Shown: positions 29,451-39,643 of the stretch, piece after piece
Layout: the number at the start of each line of letters is the position of its first letter
Position numbering within the stretch: position 1 is the first letter of the stretch
IMG/VR virus record: IMGVR_UViG_3300037067_006209
Location: 1,252 to 65,251 of that record
Strand: one strand, 5' to 3'
DNA length: 64,000 nt
Origin: a virus
Program-made: the position numbers and the translations under genes
Notes under the pieces: model-generated
Seen by the model: only the letters and a program-made list of their open reading frames with translations
What the model was told of the DNA's origin: nothing
Databases searched by the model: none

Positions 29451-30854
29451 ATGGCTACTGAAATGAGAGCAATTAAATTTTATTCTAATAGTAAAACTTC
29501 TACAGAAGATTTTGATAAAGGTATTAATTTTTTAACTGAATGTCGAGAAGTTGAAAATAAATTATTAGAGTATTATTGGAATAACTTTAATGAAGTTATT
29601 AGAGTTAGAACATGGATTGATTTCTATAGTAATAGAATTATGATTACTTCTCCTGCTACTAAATTCCAGCATTACATGCAAATATTATCTATGACCTATG
29701 GTGCATTAAAGTCATTGCAAGAAAATATCATTCAAAAAATCCATTTCAAATTTGAAGATAAGATGCAACAACGCATATACAATTATTGTAGTAAATTTGT
29801 ATTTGATTGGGATAGACTTGTAACTTATATCAATAAGCAGGTTAAAGAGTATAAGAAAAAAGATAAAAAATATCATGAGTTCTTATTAGAAGTAAAGAAA
29901 GTAATTGATAATGAGCAATCGTTTTTAATATTACAGCAAGATATAGAAGATAAATTTTGGGAGCTAAAAAACAAGATAAATCTACCAATAAAGAAATCTA
30001 AGCAAATTTGGGCAAATACCTTTCATACGGTAGACATTGAAAAATATGATGATTATTGGATATTTATTATTGATACCAATAAGTTCATTACCAAACGTAA
30101 AATGGAGAACTTCAGAATAGTAGTGGATATTTCAGATTATCATAAGAAGATACTAGATAAATATACTTTACAAAATACTTTTACTATTAAATTTAATAAC
30201 TATGACAGATTTGAAATCATTGGAGCATACGAAAAAGAGATAAATCACCCAACTCCTAACCCCGTAGATATTATTGGTATAGATATAGGATTAAAAAAGC
30301 TTATTACTTCATCTGATGGAGAGATAGTTGAGCAAAATAAAACTATAGTGAAGAAAGCACAAAAATTAATTAAGAATCAAGCCAATAGACAAAGTTTAGA
30401 AGCACATATGCGCAAAAAGTTAGACGATGAAAAATTTACTTTACCTGATAAGAATTATAAGAAAAAACAAAACAAATTAAGCAGATTTGTTCAGTGTGAT
30501 AACTGTTATAGAATAAAGCAATTTCTTAAAGGTAAAGAAGATACTCATATTATTATGGAGGATTTACAATTAAACGATGCTAAAACATATAGTAAAGAAG
30601 TTAATTACATGTTAAGAAGAATGAAGATTCAAGGTATTAAAAATGATATCCTAAAATACACAAAAGAGATGGGTATTAAAACAACACAGGTCAATCCAAG
30701 GTATACAAGTATTGATTGTCCTATATGTGGAAATAGAGACAAACTAAATAGACAAACACAGGAAACATTTAAATGCACTAAATGTGGTCATACAGATAAT
30801 GCAGACCATAATGCAAGTATTAATATTGAAAATAGATTTTTAAAAGCACAATGA
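29451..30854 (+). CDS. Atypical TnpB/Cas12f-like RuvC nuclease (467 aa)
   Basis: GIDIG, IMEDL, NADHNA catalytic triad; YTSIDCPICG..CTKCG Zn finger; expanded N-terminal region. Confidence 0.88.
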   Translation: MATEMRAIKFYSNSKTSTEDFDKGINFLTECREVENKLLEYYWNNFNEVIRVRTWIDFYSNRIMITSPATKFQHYMQILSMTYGALKSLQENIIQKIHFKFEDKMQQRIYNYCSKFVFDWDRLVTYINKQVKEYKKKDKKYHEFLLEVKKVIDNEQSFLILQQDIEDKFWELKNKINLPIKKSKQIWANTFHTVDIEKYDDYWIFIIDTNKFITKRKMENFRIVVDISDYHKKILDKYTLQNTFTIKFNNYDRFEIIGAYEKEINHPTPNPVDIIGIDIGLKKLITSSDGEIVEQNKTIVKKAQKLIKNQANRQSLEAHMRKKLDDEKFTLPDKNYKKKQNKLSRFVQCDNCYRIKQFLKGKEDTHIIMEDLQLNDAKTYSKEVNYMLRRMKIQGIKNDILKYTKEMGIKTTQVNPRYTSIDCPICGNRDKLNRQTQETFKCTKCGHTDNADHNASINIENRFLKAQ

Positions 30855-30862
30855 GAATAAAA

Positions 30863-30935
30863 AGGTATTTATTTATATACCTGTAGGTTAAGCGTACTTT
30901 AGTACAGATACCTCAAATCACTATAAAATTAGTGA
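30863..30935 (+). ncRNA. Structured RNA copy 2 (candidate guide scaffold)
   Basis: Hairpins AGGTAT/ATACCT, GTAC/GTAC, TCACTA/TAGTGA; core AGATACCTCAAA; begins 8 nt after the nuclease stop. Confidence 0.65.
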
Positions 30936-30978
30936 ATGAATAAAGAGTTCTATTCACATTTAAAAGGAGGATAATATA

Positions 30979-31875
30979 ATTATAGACAAAAAGACAACTA
31001 AAAAGTATAATGATTATAATAAAATTGAAAATGGAGTTAAATATCGAAAATGTAAAGAGTGTGAAAATTGGTTTGAATTAAGTAAAAATTATTTTAAAAT
31101 AAGAAGTAAAGATAAAGAAGGTTTTAATTCTAAGTGTAATACTTGTCAAGAAGAATATAATCATAATAATTACATGAAAGACAGAGAAAATCAAATAAAA
31201 AAGGCACAAGAAAATAGATTAGAAAACTTTGAAACAAGAAAAAAATATGACAAGGAAAGATATTTATCAAATCCTCAAAAGTTTATTGATAATGATAGAA
31301 AGGTTCAGCAAGCTAAACCTGAACATTATAAGAACAAAAATAAGAAATGGAGAAAAGAAAACCCTGAAAGATGTTGCTATCTAAGTTCATTACATAGAAA
31401 TCATGATGTTAATGCAAAAGAAGAGAAAGCAATGTTAACAGTTTTTGATTATTCATGTGCCTATTGTGGTATGAGCCTCAGTGAACATCGTAAGATTTAT
31501 GGTGAGAAATTACATAACGAACATGTAGATGACGAAGGTTATAACGATTTAAGAAATGATATTCCTGCATGTAAGGCTTGTAATTGTGGTAAACATCAAA
31601 GAAGTTTAGAAGATTGGTATCCTCAACAAAAGTTTTTTAGTGAAGAAAGACTACAAAAAATAATTTGGTGGACTACCAAAGGTTATAAGGATTGTATAGA
31701 GAAAAAACCATCATACAGATTTAAACGCAAAAGAGTGTATAACGCTGATAATACATATTTTACACAACATGAATTATGGAAAGTGGATAATAAATGTAAT
31801 TTAGTAGATATAATTTATATGGGAAATAGTAAACAACAATTAAAGAATTTTATTGCTATTAATAATATAATTTAG
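30979..31875 (+). CDS. HNH endonuclease (paralog family A), probable ATT/ATA start
   Basis: CAYCG..EHVDDEGYNDLRNDIPACKACNCGK; frame open to AGGAGG RBS at 30965 with homologous N-terminal CKEC. Confidence 0.8.
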   Translation: MIDKKTTKKYNDYNKIENGVKYRKCKECENWFELSKNYFKIRSKDKEGFNSKCNTCQEEYNHNNYMKDRENQIKKAQENRLENFETRKKYDKERYLSNPQKFIDNDRKVQQAKPEHYKNKNKKWRKENPERCCYLSSLHRNHDVNAKEEKAMLTVFDYSCAYCGMSLSEHRKIYGEKLHNEHVDDEGYNDLRNDIPACKACNCGKHQRSLEDWYPQQKFFSEERLQKIIWWTTKGYKDCIEKKPSYRFKRKRVYNADNTYFTQHELWKVDNKCNLVDIIYMGNSKQQLKNFIAINNII

Positions 31876-31912
31876 TTAAATATTAATTATACAATTTAGA
31901 AAGGATAATTAA

Positions 31913-32269
31913 ATGAAATTCGAGAAAATCATTAATGAATTAATCAAAAAAGAAATTGATTCTGCTACCCGTAAAATGTATGAATCTATGTGTTGTAATG
32001 AATTAGTTAGTTCAACAAGTACATCATCTACATATACAACTGCTAGTTTATCATTAGAAAGTTTTAAAAATATGATTGAAAAGTTAAGACCTCAATATGC
32101 TATTTTACTTAATAATTATATTGAGGATAATCAAATATTTGAAATGGAAAATATATTACCAGATAAATATTATTGTAAAAAGTTATTACTAATAAATCAT
32201 AATTATTATCATATTAAGCTAAAAAATATAATGAATCAATATGGATGTAATATAAAAGTCTATGAATAA
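31913..32269 (+). CDS. Hypothetical protein
   Basis: AAAGGA RBS. Confidence 0.55.
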   Translation: MKFEKIINELIKKEIDSATRKMYESMCCNELVSSTSTSSTYTTASLSLESFKNMIEKLRPQYAILLNNYIEDNQIFEMENILPDKYYCKKLLLINHNYYHIKLKNIMNQYGCNIKVYE

Positions 32270-32281
32270 AAGGAGATAAAT

Positions 32282-32596
32282 ATGAACAAATTTAATACAA
32301 TTGAAGAATATATAAACGATAAAATTAAAACTACTTTTTGTAAAAGTTTTTATCCATCAGCTATATTAACACATGTAGACGGTTCTACATGTGAAAGTAT
32401 TTATAATGTATGTGAAAAATACATATCAGAAAACAAGTTACAAGAGATATATGAAATAAGATGTCTTGATTGTGCTGATATCTTAGGTGTATATGAGCAT
32501 TATGCAGATATACCAGAAGTTTCGGAATGTTTAAAATGTGGAGAAGATGTTAGAAGAATGAACAATGCTATTATTTTATATAAAATAATAAGATAA
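32282..32596 (+). CDS. Zn-ribbon hypothetical protein
   Basis: CLDC..CLKCG. Confidence 0.6.
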   Translation: MNKFNTIEEYINDKIKTTFCKSFYPSAILTHVDGSTCESIYNVCEKYISENKLQEIYEIRCLDCADILGVYEHYADIPEVSECLKCGEDVRRMNNAIILYKIIR

Positions 32597-32607
32597 GGGA
32601 GATAAAT

Positions 32608-32823
32608 ATGAAATTTTTGTTTGGAGACATTGTAGTAATCAATAGAAATCAAATTGGTGTGGTAGTCAAAATATGGAGAAAATCAGCTCTTAATACATTT
32701 GAATATGAAATATATAATAGAATGATTAGTTGTATTGAAACTTATTTGGAAAAAGATATTGAGAGATATAGTGTTAGACATAAATACTTAAATGAAGAAG
32801 AAATAGGATATCAGTGGGGATAA
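32608..32823 (+). CDS. Hypothetical protein
   Basis: GGGAG RBS. Confidence 0.55.
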   Translation: MKFLFGDIVVINRNQIGVVVKIWRKSALNTFEYEIYNRMISCIETYLEKDIERYSVRHKYLNEEEIGYQWG

Positions 32824-32826
32824 TAA

Positions 32827-33024
32827 ATGGATATATCACAAGATATAAAACTAATACAGAAAATAAAGAAAGATTTAATGAGTATTCGAAAAACTATAGA
32901 TTTAAATCCTGATAATTTATCAGTATTCTGTCAAGAAATGAAAAATCAATATATAAAATTAGCTGAAGAACTAGGTAATAAATATGAAAAATTGTCAATA
33001 AAATTAAGACAAAAAATGTTATGA
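32827..33024 (+). CDS. Hypothetical protein
   Basis: Operonic ORF. Confidence 0.5.
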   Translation: MDISQDIKLIQKIKKDLMSIRKTIDLNPDNLSVFCQEMKNQYIKLAEELGNKYEKLSIKLRQKML

Positions 33025-33050
33025 ATTGTTTATTTGGAAAGGAATTGGAA

Positions 33051-33287
33051 ATGAGGATACAAGATATTCAAATAGGTAAATATTATAGATTAAAAAATAC
33101 CAATGGAGAATTTACTCAATATTATGGTTGGGTAAAAGTATTGGATATTTTCAAAAGAGGTCAATGGAATAGTCCCGATAAGACAAAGAGTATTGTAAAA
33201 TGTGAACATACCGTAAATAAAACAGATACATTTGGGTTTATTAGATATTTTAGACCAATGGACTTAGTTGATACAAATGAAAATTAA
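33051..33287 (+). CDS. Hypothetical protein
   Basis: AAAGGA RBS before ATG 33051. Confidence 0.55.
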   Translation: MRIQDIQIGKYYRLKNTNGEFTQYYGWVKVLDIFKRGQWNSPDKTKSIVKCEHTVNKTDTFGFIRYFRPMDLVDTNEN

Positions 33288-33314
33288 TACAAAAGCAAAG
33301 TTAAAGCCGAACAC

Positions 33315-33343
33315 TTGACAAATTATTTTATTAATGCTAATAT
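33315..33343 (+). promoter_or_regulatory. SigmaA promoter
   Basis: TTGACA-17bp-TAATAT with TG extension. Confidence 0.65.
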
Positions 33344-33363
33344 AAGAAAGGTGATACATAAGC

Positions 33364-33582
33364 ATGATTGGATTACAAGAGAATACAGCTAAAGAAATTT
33401 TTAATACTAATATTAATAAGTATGTGAGAGTAAGTCTTATATCTGAAAATGAATTACTTGAAGGGAAGTTAGTTGGTATTAGTTGTAATACATTTATTAT
33501 TGAAGATAAGCATGGATATAGAAGCATGTTTAGATATGAGGATTGTAGATATTTAATATCATTAATACCAGTTAGTAATTGA
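33364..33582 (+). CDS. Possible Sm/Hfq-like protein
   Basis: Helix then V.V.L....LEGKLVG....F.I pattern, 72 aa. Confidence 0.4.
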   Translation: MIGLQENTAKEIFNTNINKYVRVSLISENELLEGKLVGISCNTFIIEDKHGYRSMFRYEDCRYLISLIPVSN

Positions 33583-33608
33583 TTAATAATATAATTTTTG
33601 CAAAACAT

Positions 33609-33637
33609 TTGACAAACAAAAGGAACTGTGTTATTAT
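33609..33637 (+). promoter_or_regulatory. SigmaA promoter for ligase
   Basis: TTGACA-17bp-TATTAT. Confidence 0.65.
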
Positions 33638-33689
33638 AAATGAGTACCAAATAATAAAATAATTTACTTACATAAATGAAAGGAGTTTT

Positions 33690-35660
33690 ATGAGAGAGAA
33701 AATCGAAAGAATACATAAGTTAGTACAGATATTAAATAATGCATGTTACAACTATTATAATCTAAGTAAATCAATAATGGGAAATAGAGAATATAATGAG
33801 CTGTTTGATGAACTAGTGGAACTAGAAGAATCAACTGGAATTATACTCTCCAATAGCCCAACGCAAAGAGCAGGATATAAAATTGTATCTACTTTACCAA
33901 AAGTTAAACATGATATTCCATTATTATCACTTGGTAAAAGTAAAAAGATATCTGATTTAGAAACATGGTTAGGCAATAATGAAGGAATATTAATGCTTAA
34001 AATTGATGGTGGTACGGGTAAGGTTGAATATAAAAATAAATTATTTAACCAATTAAGTACTAGAGGTGATTCAGAAACTAATATTGGAGAAGATATTTCA
34101 CATAATATTAATAGTATTAAAGGTATTCCTTTAAAAATTGATGATGATAATGATATACAGGTTGTCGGTGAAAATCATATGACATTTAAATCATTCAATA
34201 CTGTCAATGATAGCATATTACTTGAAAAAGATAAATATAAGCATCCAAGAAACTTAGCCAATGGCTCTGTAGGTTTACTCGACAGTAAAGTTTGTAAAGA
34301 AAGAAATATAGAATTTTGTGCTTTCAATATAATTAAAGGAAATAAGTTTAAGACTAAAGCTGAACAATTTGAATGGTTAAAAGGTCAAGGATTTAATACA
34401 GTTAAATATTGGATTGTCACTAAGAATGATTTACAAGAGACTATTGAACAAATAATCGAGGATATTCCTAATATTGAGATTCCAATAGATGGACTCGTGT
34501 TAAGTTTCAATAATATAGAATATGGATTATCTAAAGGCAGCAGTAATCACCATCCGAACCATTCTATCAGTTTTAAATTTGAGGATAGTTGGTACGATAC
34601 AAATTACAACTATACAGAATGGAATACTAGCCGAACTGGAAAGATTGTACCTAAAGGTATTTTTACATCAATTAAGATGGATGGAGCAGACCATGATAGG
34701 GCAACACTACATAATTTAGATAGGTTTAGAGCTATGAAATTAGGTCATGGAGATTTCATTCAGACAAGTAAGAGAAACAAAATTATTCCTGCCATTGAAA
34801 ACAATATTACTAGAAGTAATACTGAAGTAATTCCAACTAAATGTCCAGCTTGTGGTGGAGATATAGAAGAAAGATTACTTGTAAATACACATGATTTATA
34901 TTGTTTAAATCCAGATTGTGATGCCAAGTTATTGAAGAAACTAAAACACTTTGTAAGCAAACAATGTTTTAATATTTCTGATATTGGTGAAACTACACTT
35001 GAAACACTCATAGATAAAGGATTCCTTGAAAACTATATAGATATATTCAAACTAAGTAGATTTAAAAAAGAAATATTATCACTTGATGGATTTGCTGAGA
35101 AGTCATACATAAAAATGTTAGAAGCGATTGAAAATTCTAAAAATATTGAAATGTCATCATTAATTACTTCTTTAGGAATAAAGAATGTTGGCTTTGGTAC
35201 ATCTAAAAGAATTGCTAAATATTTTAACAATGATATTAGTAAGTTTATAAATTCAACTAAGTATCCTATGAGTTTTGCAAGTATTGAGGATTGTGGAGAA
35301 ATTACTTCATTAAGTATCTACGAATACTTTAAAAACGAAGAGAATATGAATTTATTTAATGAGTTATTAGAATTAATAACTATTAAGCAGGAAGAAAAGA
35401 AATCTGATAGTAAGCTTAAAGACCTTGCAGGATTAACATTTGTTATCACAGGTTCAGTGACCACCTTTAAGAATAGAGATGAGTTTAAGGAATTAGTAGA
35501 ATCGCTTAATGGTAAAGTTGCAGGAGGAGTCTCATCAAAAACTAATTACTTGGTTAATAACGATGTTACATCAACTAGTGGTAAGAATAAGACTGCAAAA
35601 GATTTAAATGTTGAAATCATAAGTGAACAACAATTTAATGAAATGATAGGGAGGAGTTAA
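33690..35660 (+). CDS. ligA: NAD-dependent DNA ligase
   Basis: KIDG adenylation motif, STRGD, PRNLA.G, DGLV, C4 Zn finger, HhH, BRCT (FVITGS). Confidence 0.95.
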   Translation: MREKIERIHKLVQILNNACYNYYNLSKSIMGNREYNELFDELVELEESTGIILSNSPTQRAGYKIVSTLPKVKHDIPLLSLGKSKKISDLETWLGNNEGILMLKIDGGTGKVEYKNKLFNQLSTRGDSETNIGEDISHNINSIKGIPLKIDDDNDIQVVGENHMTFKSFNTVNDSILLEKDKYKHPRNLANGSVGLLDSKVCKERNIEFCAFNIIKGNKFKTKAEQFEWLKGQGFNTVKYWIVTKNDLQETIEQIIEDIPNIEIPIDGLVLSFNNIEYGLSKGSSNHHPNHSISFKFEDSWYDTNYNYTEWNTSRTGKIVPKGIFTSIKMDGADHDRATLHNLDRFRAMKLGHGDFIQTSKRNKIIPAIENNITRSNTEVIPTKCPACGGDIEERLLVNTHDLYCLNPDCDAKLLKKLKHFVSKQCFNISDIGETTLETLIDKGFLENYIDIFKLSRFKKEILSLDGFAEKSYIKMLEAIENSKNIEMSSLITSLGIKNVGFGTSKRIAKYFNNDISKFINSTKYPMSFASIEDCGEITSLSIYEYFKNEENMNLFNELLELITIKQEEKKSDSKLKDLAGLTFVITGSVTTFKNRDEFKELVESLNGKVAGGVSSKTNYLVNNDVTSTSGKNKTAKDLNVEIISEQQFNEMIGRS

Positions 35661-35662
35661 CT

Positions 35663-35878
35663 ATGAATAATTCAAGTGAATGCTTACAATGTGGGTTAAA
35701 TAATCTAAAGAAAGAATTTGAAGATATAAAATTGAATCATCAAATTGAAGGATTAAGATATAAAACAGTTATTAGTTCAGAAGGGTTTTTATCGGAATTA
35801 ATAATAAATGAATTACCAGACGATATTTTTGTTAATATTTTAAAACATAGAGGATATAAGATAATTAAAGAAATGTGA
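35663..35878 (+). CDS. Hypothetical protein
   Basis: GGAGGAG RBS. Confidence 0.55.
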   Translation: MNNSSECLQCGLNNLKKEFEDIKLNHQIEGLRYKTVISSEGFLSELIINELPDDIFVNILKHRGYKIIKEM

Positions 35879-35920
35879 TAGATGATTAATTTTATAACAT
35901 ATTAAAAGGAGATTAAATTT

Positions 35921-36325
35921 ATGGAATTGGATTATAAAAAGAAAAAGATTCTGAAAAACTTATCAAAGCAAACTATGGAAACAGGTATTATAATGAACGG
36001 TGTTATTGAAACAACCGATTGTTATATATCGGATGTTAAATGGAACTCAAAATATAATGTGTATGAAACACAAGGATTTGTATGGGATGAAATAGGAGAA
36101 GATTATATAGCTAAAGATTCATTAAGATCATCACTAGATTTACACCAAATAGAAAATTTGGCAGGAGATATTGCTATAGGTTTAAATTGTTATGATAATA
36201 AGGGAAAAATAAAAGATATATTGAAAAAATGGACTTATTATGATAGAACAAGGAGAACAAAGAGAAAAGAAGAAGATGATGCTAAAAGTTATCATGAAAT
36301 GGTTTGTTCATATACTGATACTTGA
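35921..36325 (+). CDS. Hypothetical protein
   Basis: AAGGAG RBS; bracketed by sites. Confidence 0.6.
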   Translation: MELDYKKKKILKNLSKQTMETGIIMNGVIETTDCYISDVKWNSKYNVYETQGFVWDEIGEDYIAKDSLRSSLDLHQIENLAGDIAIGLNCYDNKGKIKDILKKWTYYDRTRRTKRKEEDDAKSYHEMVCSYTDT

Positions 36326-36391
36326 TAAACATAAAACAACATGAAAGGTCAGTTTCATTCAATAATAAAATAAAATGGAGGATATAAGGAT

Positions 36392-36703
36392 ATGGAAACA
36401 ATTTTAATCAAACCAGAATTATTAGAACTGGTTAAGAAAGAAGAAAAAACAACTACTTGTAGGCAAGGATTACGTACATATTCACTAGCAAAAACAATAC
36501 TTAAATCAAATGCATCTGAAGATTTTGTTTATATTAATGTTAATGAGTTAAGATATTACAAACTCAAAGACGTAACAGATGAAATGGCTATGGATGATGG
36601 TTTTGAAAATAGAGATAATTTGATTCAAGTACTCCAAGGTATTTATCAAGGAATAAATGATGAATCAGATGTTACAATTGTTTGTTTTTCATTAAGTGAA
36701 TAG
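36392..36703 (+). CDS. ASCH domain protein
   Basis: KTTTCR, A..DGF...L...L..IY. Confidence 0.75.
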   Translation: METILIKPELLELVKKEEKTTTCRQGLRTYSLAKTILKSNASEDFVYINVNELRYYKLKDVTDEMAMDDGFENRDNLIQVLQGIYQGINDESDVTIVCFSLSE

Positions 36704-36754
36704 ATTGTTAGTTTTATGCTGATACAAATATAAATTATTGAAAGGAGTTTTTAA

Positions 36755-37996
36755 GTGAAAGCAAATATTTTCATACCTAAGAAAATAAATGTGGGTTTTC
36801 AAAATAGAAATGATACATATACAGGGAAGTTAGCTTATATTATTTATACAGATGAGAAAGGGAAGCTAAGAAAAGAAACAAGTTGGCAATCATGGAGAGA
36901 TGAAAAAATACCACCTCAAGAATTTGATAATATTCCCACAGAAGGTTTTGTTCTTAATAAAAAAGTTGGTGACTATGATAGTGGATGGAGTCATAGACAT
37001 GCCTATACAAGAGTATATGACCCTCGTAACTTTGAATTTGAAATAACTATTGAAAATCTTCTTTATATCCTTGAAAATGCTACATCTACAAAAGGAAAAG
37101 GATTAGAGGGACAGTTTATTTATGGTTGGGACGGTAAAGACTTATTGTTAATGCCTATAGAATCACCTGACTATAAAGAGATTAATGAATACAACAATAT
37201 CTTGCATAACAATGAAACAATAAAAGCTAAAGATTTGATAATAGGAGCAACATATTTAACAAAAGATAATCATGAAATGGTTTATATGGGTAAATATGAT
37301 TATTATTCAAGTGGATATATGTGGTTAACAAATAAAGAATGGAAAACTTCTAAATCCCATAAAGATATTCCAGATGAGCTTGTTAGGTATGGAAGAAGAA
37401 AAATAGATTATAAAAATATAAATAACTTTCATTATGGAAAATATTTATGGTTTGCATATAAAAACTTTGATTATGATTATGTTAATGGAGAAAGAGTTAA
37501 TAAAACAGAATATAAATGGAATTTTAATCAATACCCAAGCATATCAGGTAAATTTATAAAATGTATAGATGATAAATGTTTAAATGAATATGCCGATATA
37601 TTTGAAAAAATGGAATGTAGTTATAATTATTCCCCATATGATGAATCAAAGGATGTTTTTTGTAAGATATCGTTGGAGGATTTTATTAAACATGGAAAAT
37701 GTGAATATAACGATGGGTCAATTTATTATTCTAGTTTTAAATTTATAAGTGAATCAACAGGAATAAAAAAATCATATCTTGTTGAGCCTGTTACAAAAGA
37801 TAAAAATGATTATATTTTACAAGAATATAAATATAAAGAAGATGATAAATATACTTACGGTTATAAGGTAGGGTTTGTTAAAGTTCAAAATATATCATCT
37901 ATATCTCTAGAAGAGATATATGAAAAAGTACAACCATTATATATACAAAGATATTTAAAAAATGGCAGAAAATATGAAAAGGAGTATTCTTTATGA
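36755..37996 (+). CDS. Conserved phage hypothetical protein
   Basis: 413-aa ORF, AAAGGAG RBS, GTG start. Confidence 0.7.
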   Translation: MKANIFIPKKINVGFQNRNDTYTGKLAYIIYTDEKGKLRKETSWQSWRDEKIPPQEFDNIPTEGFVLNKKVGDYDSGWSHRHAYTRVYDPRNFEFEITIENLLYILENATSTKGKGLEGQFIYGWDGKDLLLMPIESPDYKEINEYNNILHNNETIKAKDLIIGATYLTKDNHEMVYMGKYDYYSSGYMWLTNKEWKTSKSHKDIPDELVRYGRRKIDYKNINNFHYGKYLWFAYKNFDYDYVNGERVNKTEYKWNFNQYPSISGKFIKCIDDKCLNEYADIFEKMECSYNYSPYDESKDVFCKISLEDFIKHGKCEYNDGSIYYSSFKFISESTGIKKSYLVEPVTKDKNDYILQEYKYKEDDKYTYGYKVGFVKVQNISSISLEEIYEKVQPLYIQRYLKNGRKYEKEYSL

Positions 37997-38409
37997 GTAA
38001 TGAAACAAATGACCAAAGAATTTTACAACTAAAGGAACAGATTGAGAAGAAAAAGGAACAGTTAGGTAAGTCAACAAGATTTACACCATTAACAAATTGT
38101 TCTCTTGAACTAGAAGGAGAAAGATATAATATTAATGTTTTGTCAAAGAAACAATTAGTATCATTAATGATAAGATTGAATATGTATAAGATTTCTGCTA
38201 GTGACTTGGGAATAATGATGACTGATGTAGAATTTAGTGGATATGATGTCTTTGATTGGATTAAAGATATTAAAGCTAAGATTGAAATTCTTTCAAGAAA
38301 AGATGAGGAAAGAAACCTCAAGGCAATGGAAGATAAATTAGTTAAGCTATTGTCAGATGGTAAGAAGGTTGAGCTAGAACTTGATGAGATTGCATCATTA
38401 TTAAAATAA
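37993..38409 (+). CDS. Coiled-coil hypothetical protein
   Basis: Coupled to upstream gene. Confidence 0.65.
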   Translation: MSNETNDQRILQLKEQIEKKKEQLGKSTRFTPLTNCSLELEGERYNINVLSKKQLVSLMIRLNMYKISASDLGIMMTDVEFSGYDVFDWIKDIKAKIEILSRKDEERNLKAMEDKLVKLLSDGKKVELELDEIASLLK

Positions 38410-38434
38410 TATTTAAGAATAAAGGAGTTCACAT

Positions 38435-38632
38435 ATGAATGAAGAAGGTAATTTAAAAATTGATTTTAGTTTCACTAATGAATTCGGACAAGAGAGTAGA
38501 GTTATTAAAACATATACCCCATATGTATTACAAGACCAAACATGTTTTGATTTTCTAGTGGAAGAATTTAAAATGTTCATGTCTGCTGCTGGATTTACAA
38601 ATGTAGATAAAATAACTGTAATTGAAGATTAA
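38435..38632 (+). CDS. Hypothetical protein
   Basis: AAGGAG RBS. Confidence 0.55.
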   Translation: MNEEGNLKIDFSFTNEFGQESRVIKTYTPYVLQDQTCFDFLVEEFKMFMSAAGFTNVDKITVIED

Positions 38633-38654
38633 AAGTACTTAAAAAGGAGATTCT

Positions 38655-38912
38655 ATGTCAAATATTTTATTTCAGAAAGTTCCAACTAATGAAAAAGGTA
38701 ATATATTATTAGATTTGGAGCAAATTTCGTTAATTCATAATTGCATAAAAAATATTATACCAAAAGATTATACATTAATTACTTCACCTATGGAAATACA
38801 AAAGTTAGATGGTGATTTTAAGTTTGTTATGATTGGTTGTAAAATTTATACATATAATGAACTGATGGAAACTATTGAAAAAGCAAGTATGTATGATGGA
38901 TTATCCAAATAA
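38655..38912 (+). CDS. Hypothetical protein
   Basis: AAGGAG RBS. Confidence 0.55.
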   Translation: MSNILFQKVPTNEKGNILLDLEQISLIHNCIKNIIPKDYTLITSPMEIQKLDGDFKFVMIGCKIYTYNELMETIEKASMYDGLSK

Positions 38913-38964
38913 AGTTAGCAATGAAATAATAATATAAATTAATTAACGAAAAGGAGACTAAAAG

Positions 38965-39315
38965 ATGATTAACGTAACTGATAATTACAAGTTAGTAAAC
39001 ATGGAAATTGAGGGTGAGGAAAGTGTACAGAGACTTGATGAAAAGCCTTGGAATGTTGTGGAAGTAGAATTTGAAGGAGTAATAACTGTTCTTCAGGAAG
39101 GTAATCAAATTCAGTTTATTATTGAAAGTAATGACCAAGTTATTATAGGAACTCTTGAAAAAATTTCTGGTAAAAAAGAAAAAATGAGTTTTCAGATTAA
39201 TCCCCTTCGTGGTGACTGTAGACAAATTTGGGATGTTACGAAAATAAAAGAAGGTACATTGAAAGTTATTACTAATGAGAATACTGAAAACGATGAGACT
39301 GAGGATGAAGAATAA
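38965..39315 (+). CDS. Acidic hypothetical protein
   Basis: AAGGAG RBS. Confidence 0.6.
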   Translation: MINVTDNYKLVNMEIEGEESVQRLDEKPWNVVEVEFEGVITVLQEGNQIQFIIESNDQVIIGTLEKISGKKEKMSFQINPLRGDCRQIWDVTKIKEGTLKVITNENTENDETEDEE

Positions 39316-39643
39316 TACATAAGGAGAAAAGGATATGGAATTTAAGTGTAATGGAGAAGTTTTAGAAGTTAAGAAAGAAAATGGCGAATGGGAATTTATT
39401 GTTGATTGCTGTGAGAGTTTAGAGTATACCTTTGAATGTATAGCAAATGCTTTGGGAGTTGATTATACATTAGTTGAAGATGATGATGAATAGGAGTAAT
39501 ACATAATGAAAATGAAAGATAATCGCAAGCGTCCAATAAAACGCTGTCAGAGTCCACCTAATTATAGCGTGAAATGAATATTTTATCATATGTTAGAAAT
39601 TGTAAGTTTATAAAATAAATTTAAATGGAGGTAATACATAAAC

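Larger units (their letters stand above)
28364..30953. mobile_element. Putative cassette: site / structured repeat (-) / HTH / Zn-ribbon / TnpB-like / structured repeat (+) / site
   Basis: About 90-bp imperfect terminal inverted repeats including the 18-bp sites; no transposase. Confidence 0.65.

Noticed and set aside
28364-30953. Classical TIR transposon
   Set aside because: No DDE transposase and no target-site duplication; differences between the ends are compensatory within hairpins
28382-30960. CRISPR array associated with the Cas12f-like gene
   Set aside because: Only two repeat copies, inverted and 2.4 kb apart; no repeat-spacer periodicity seen anywhere in the window
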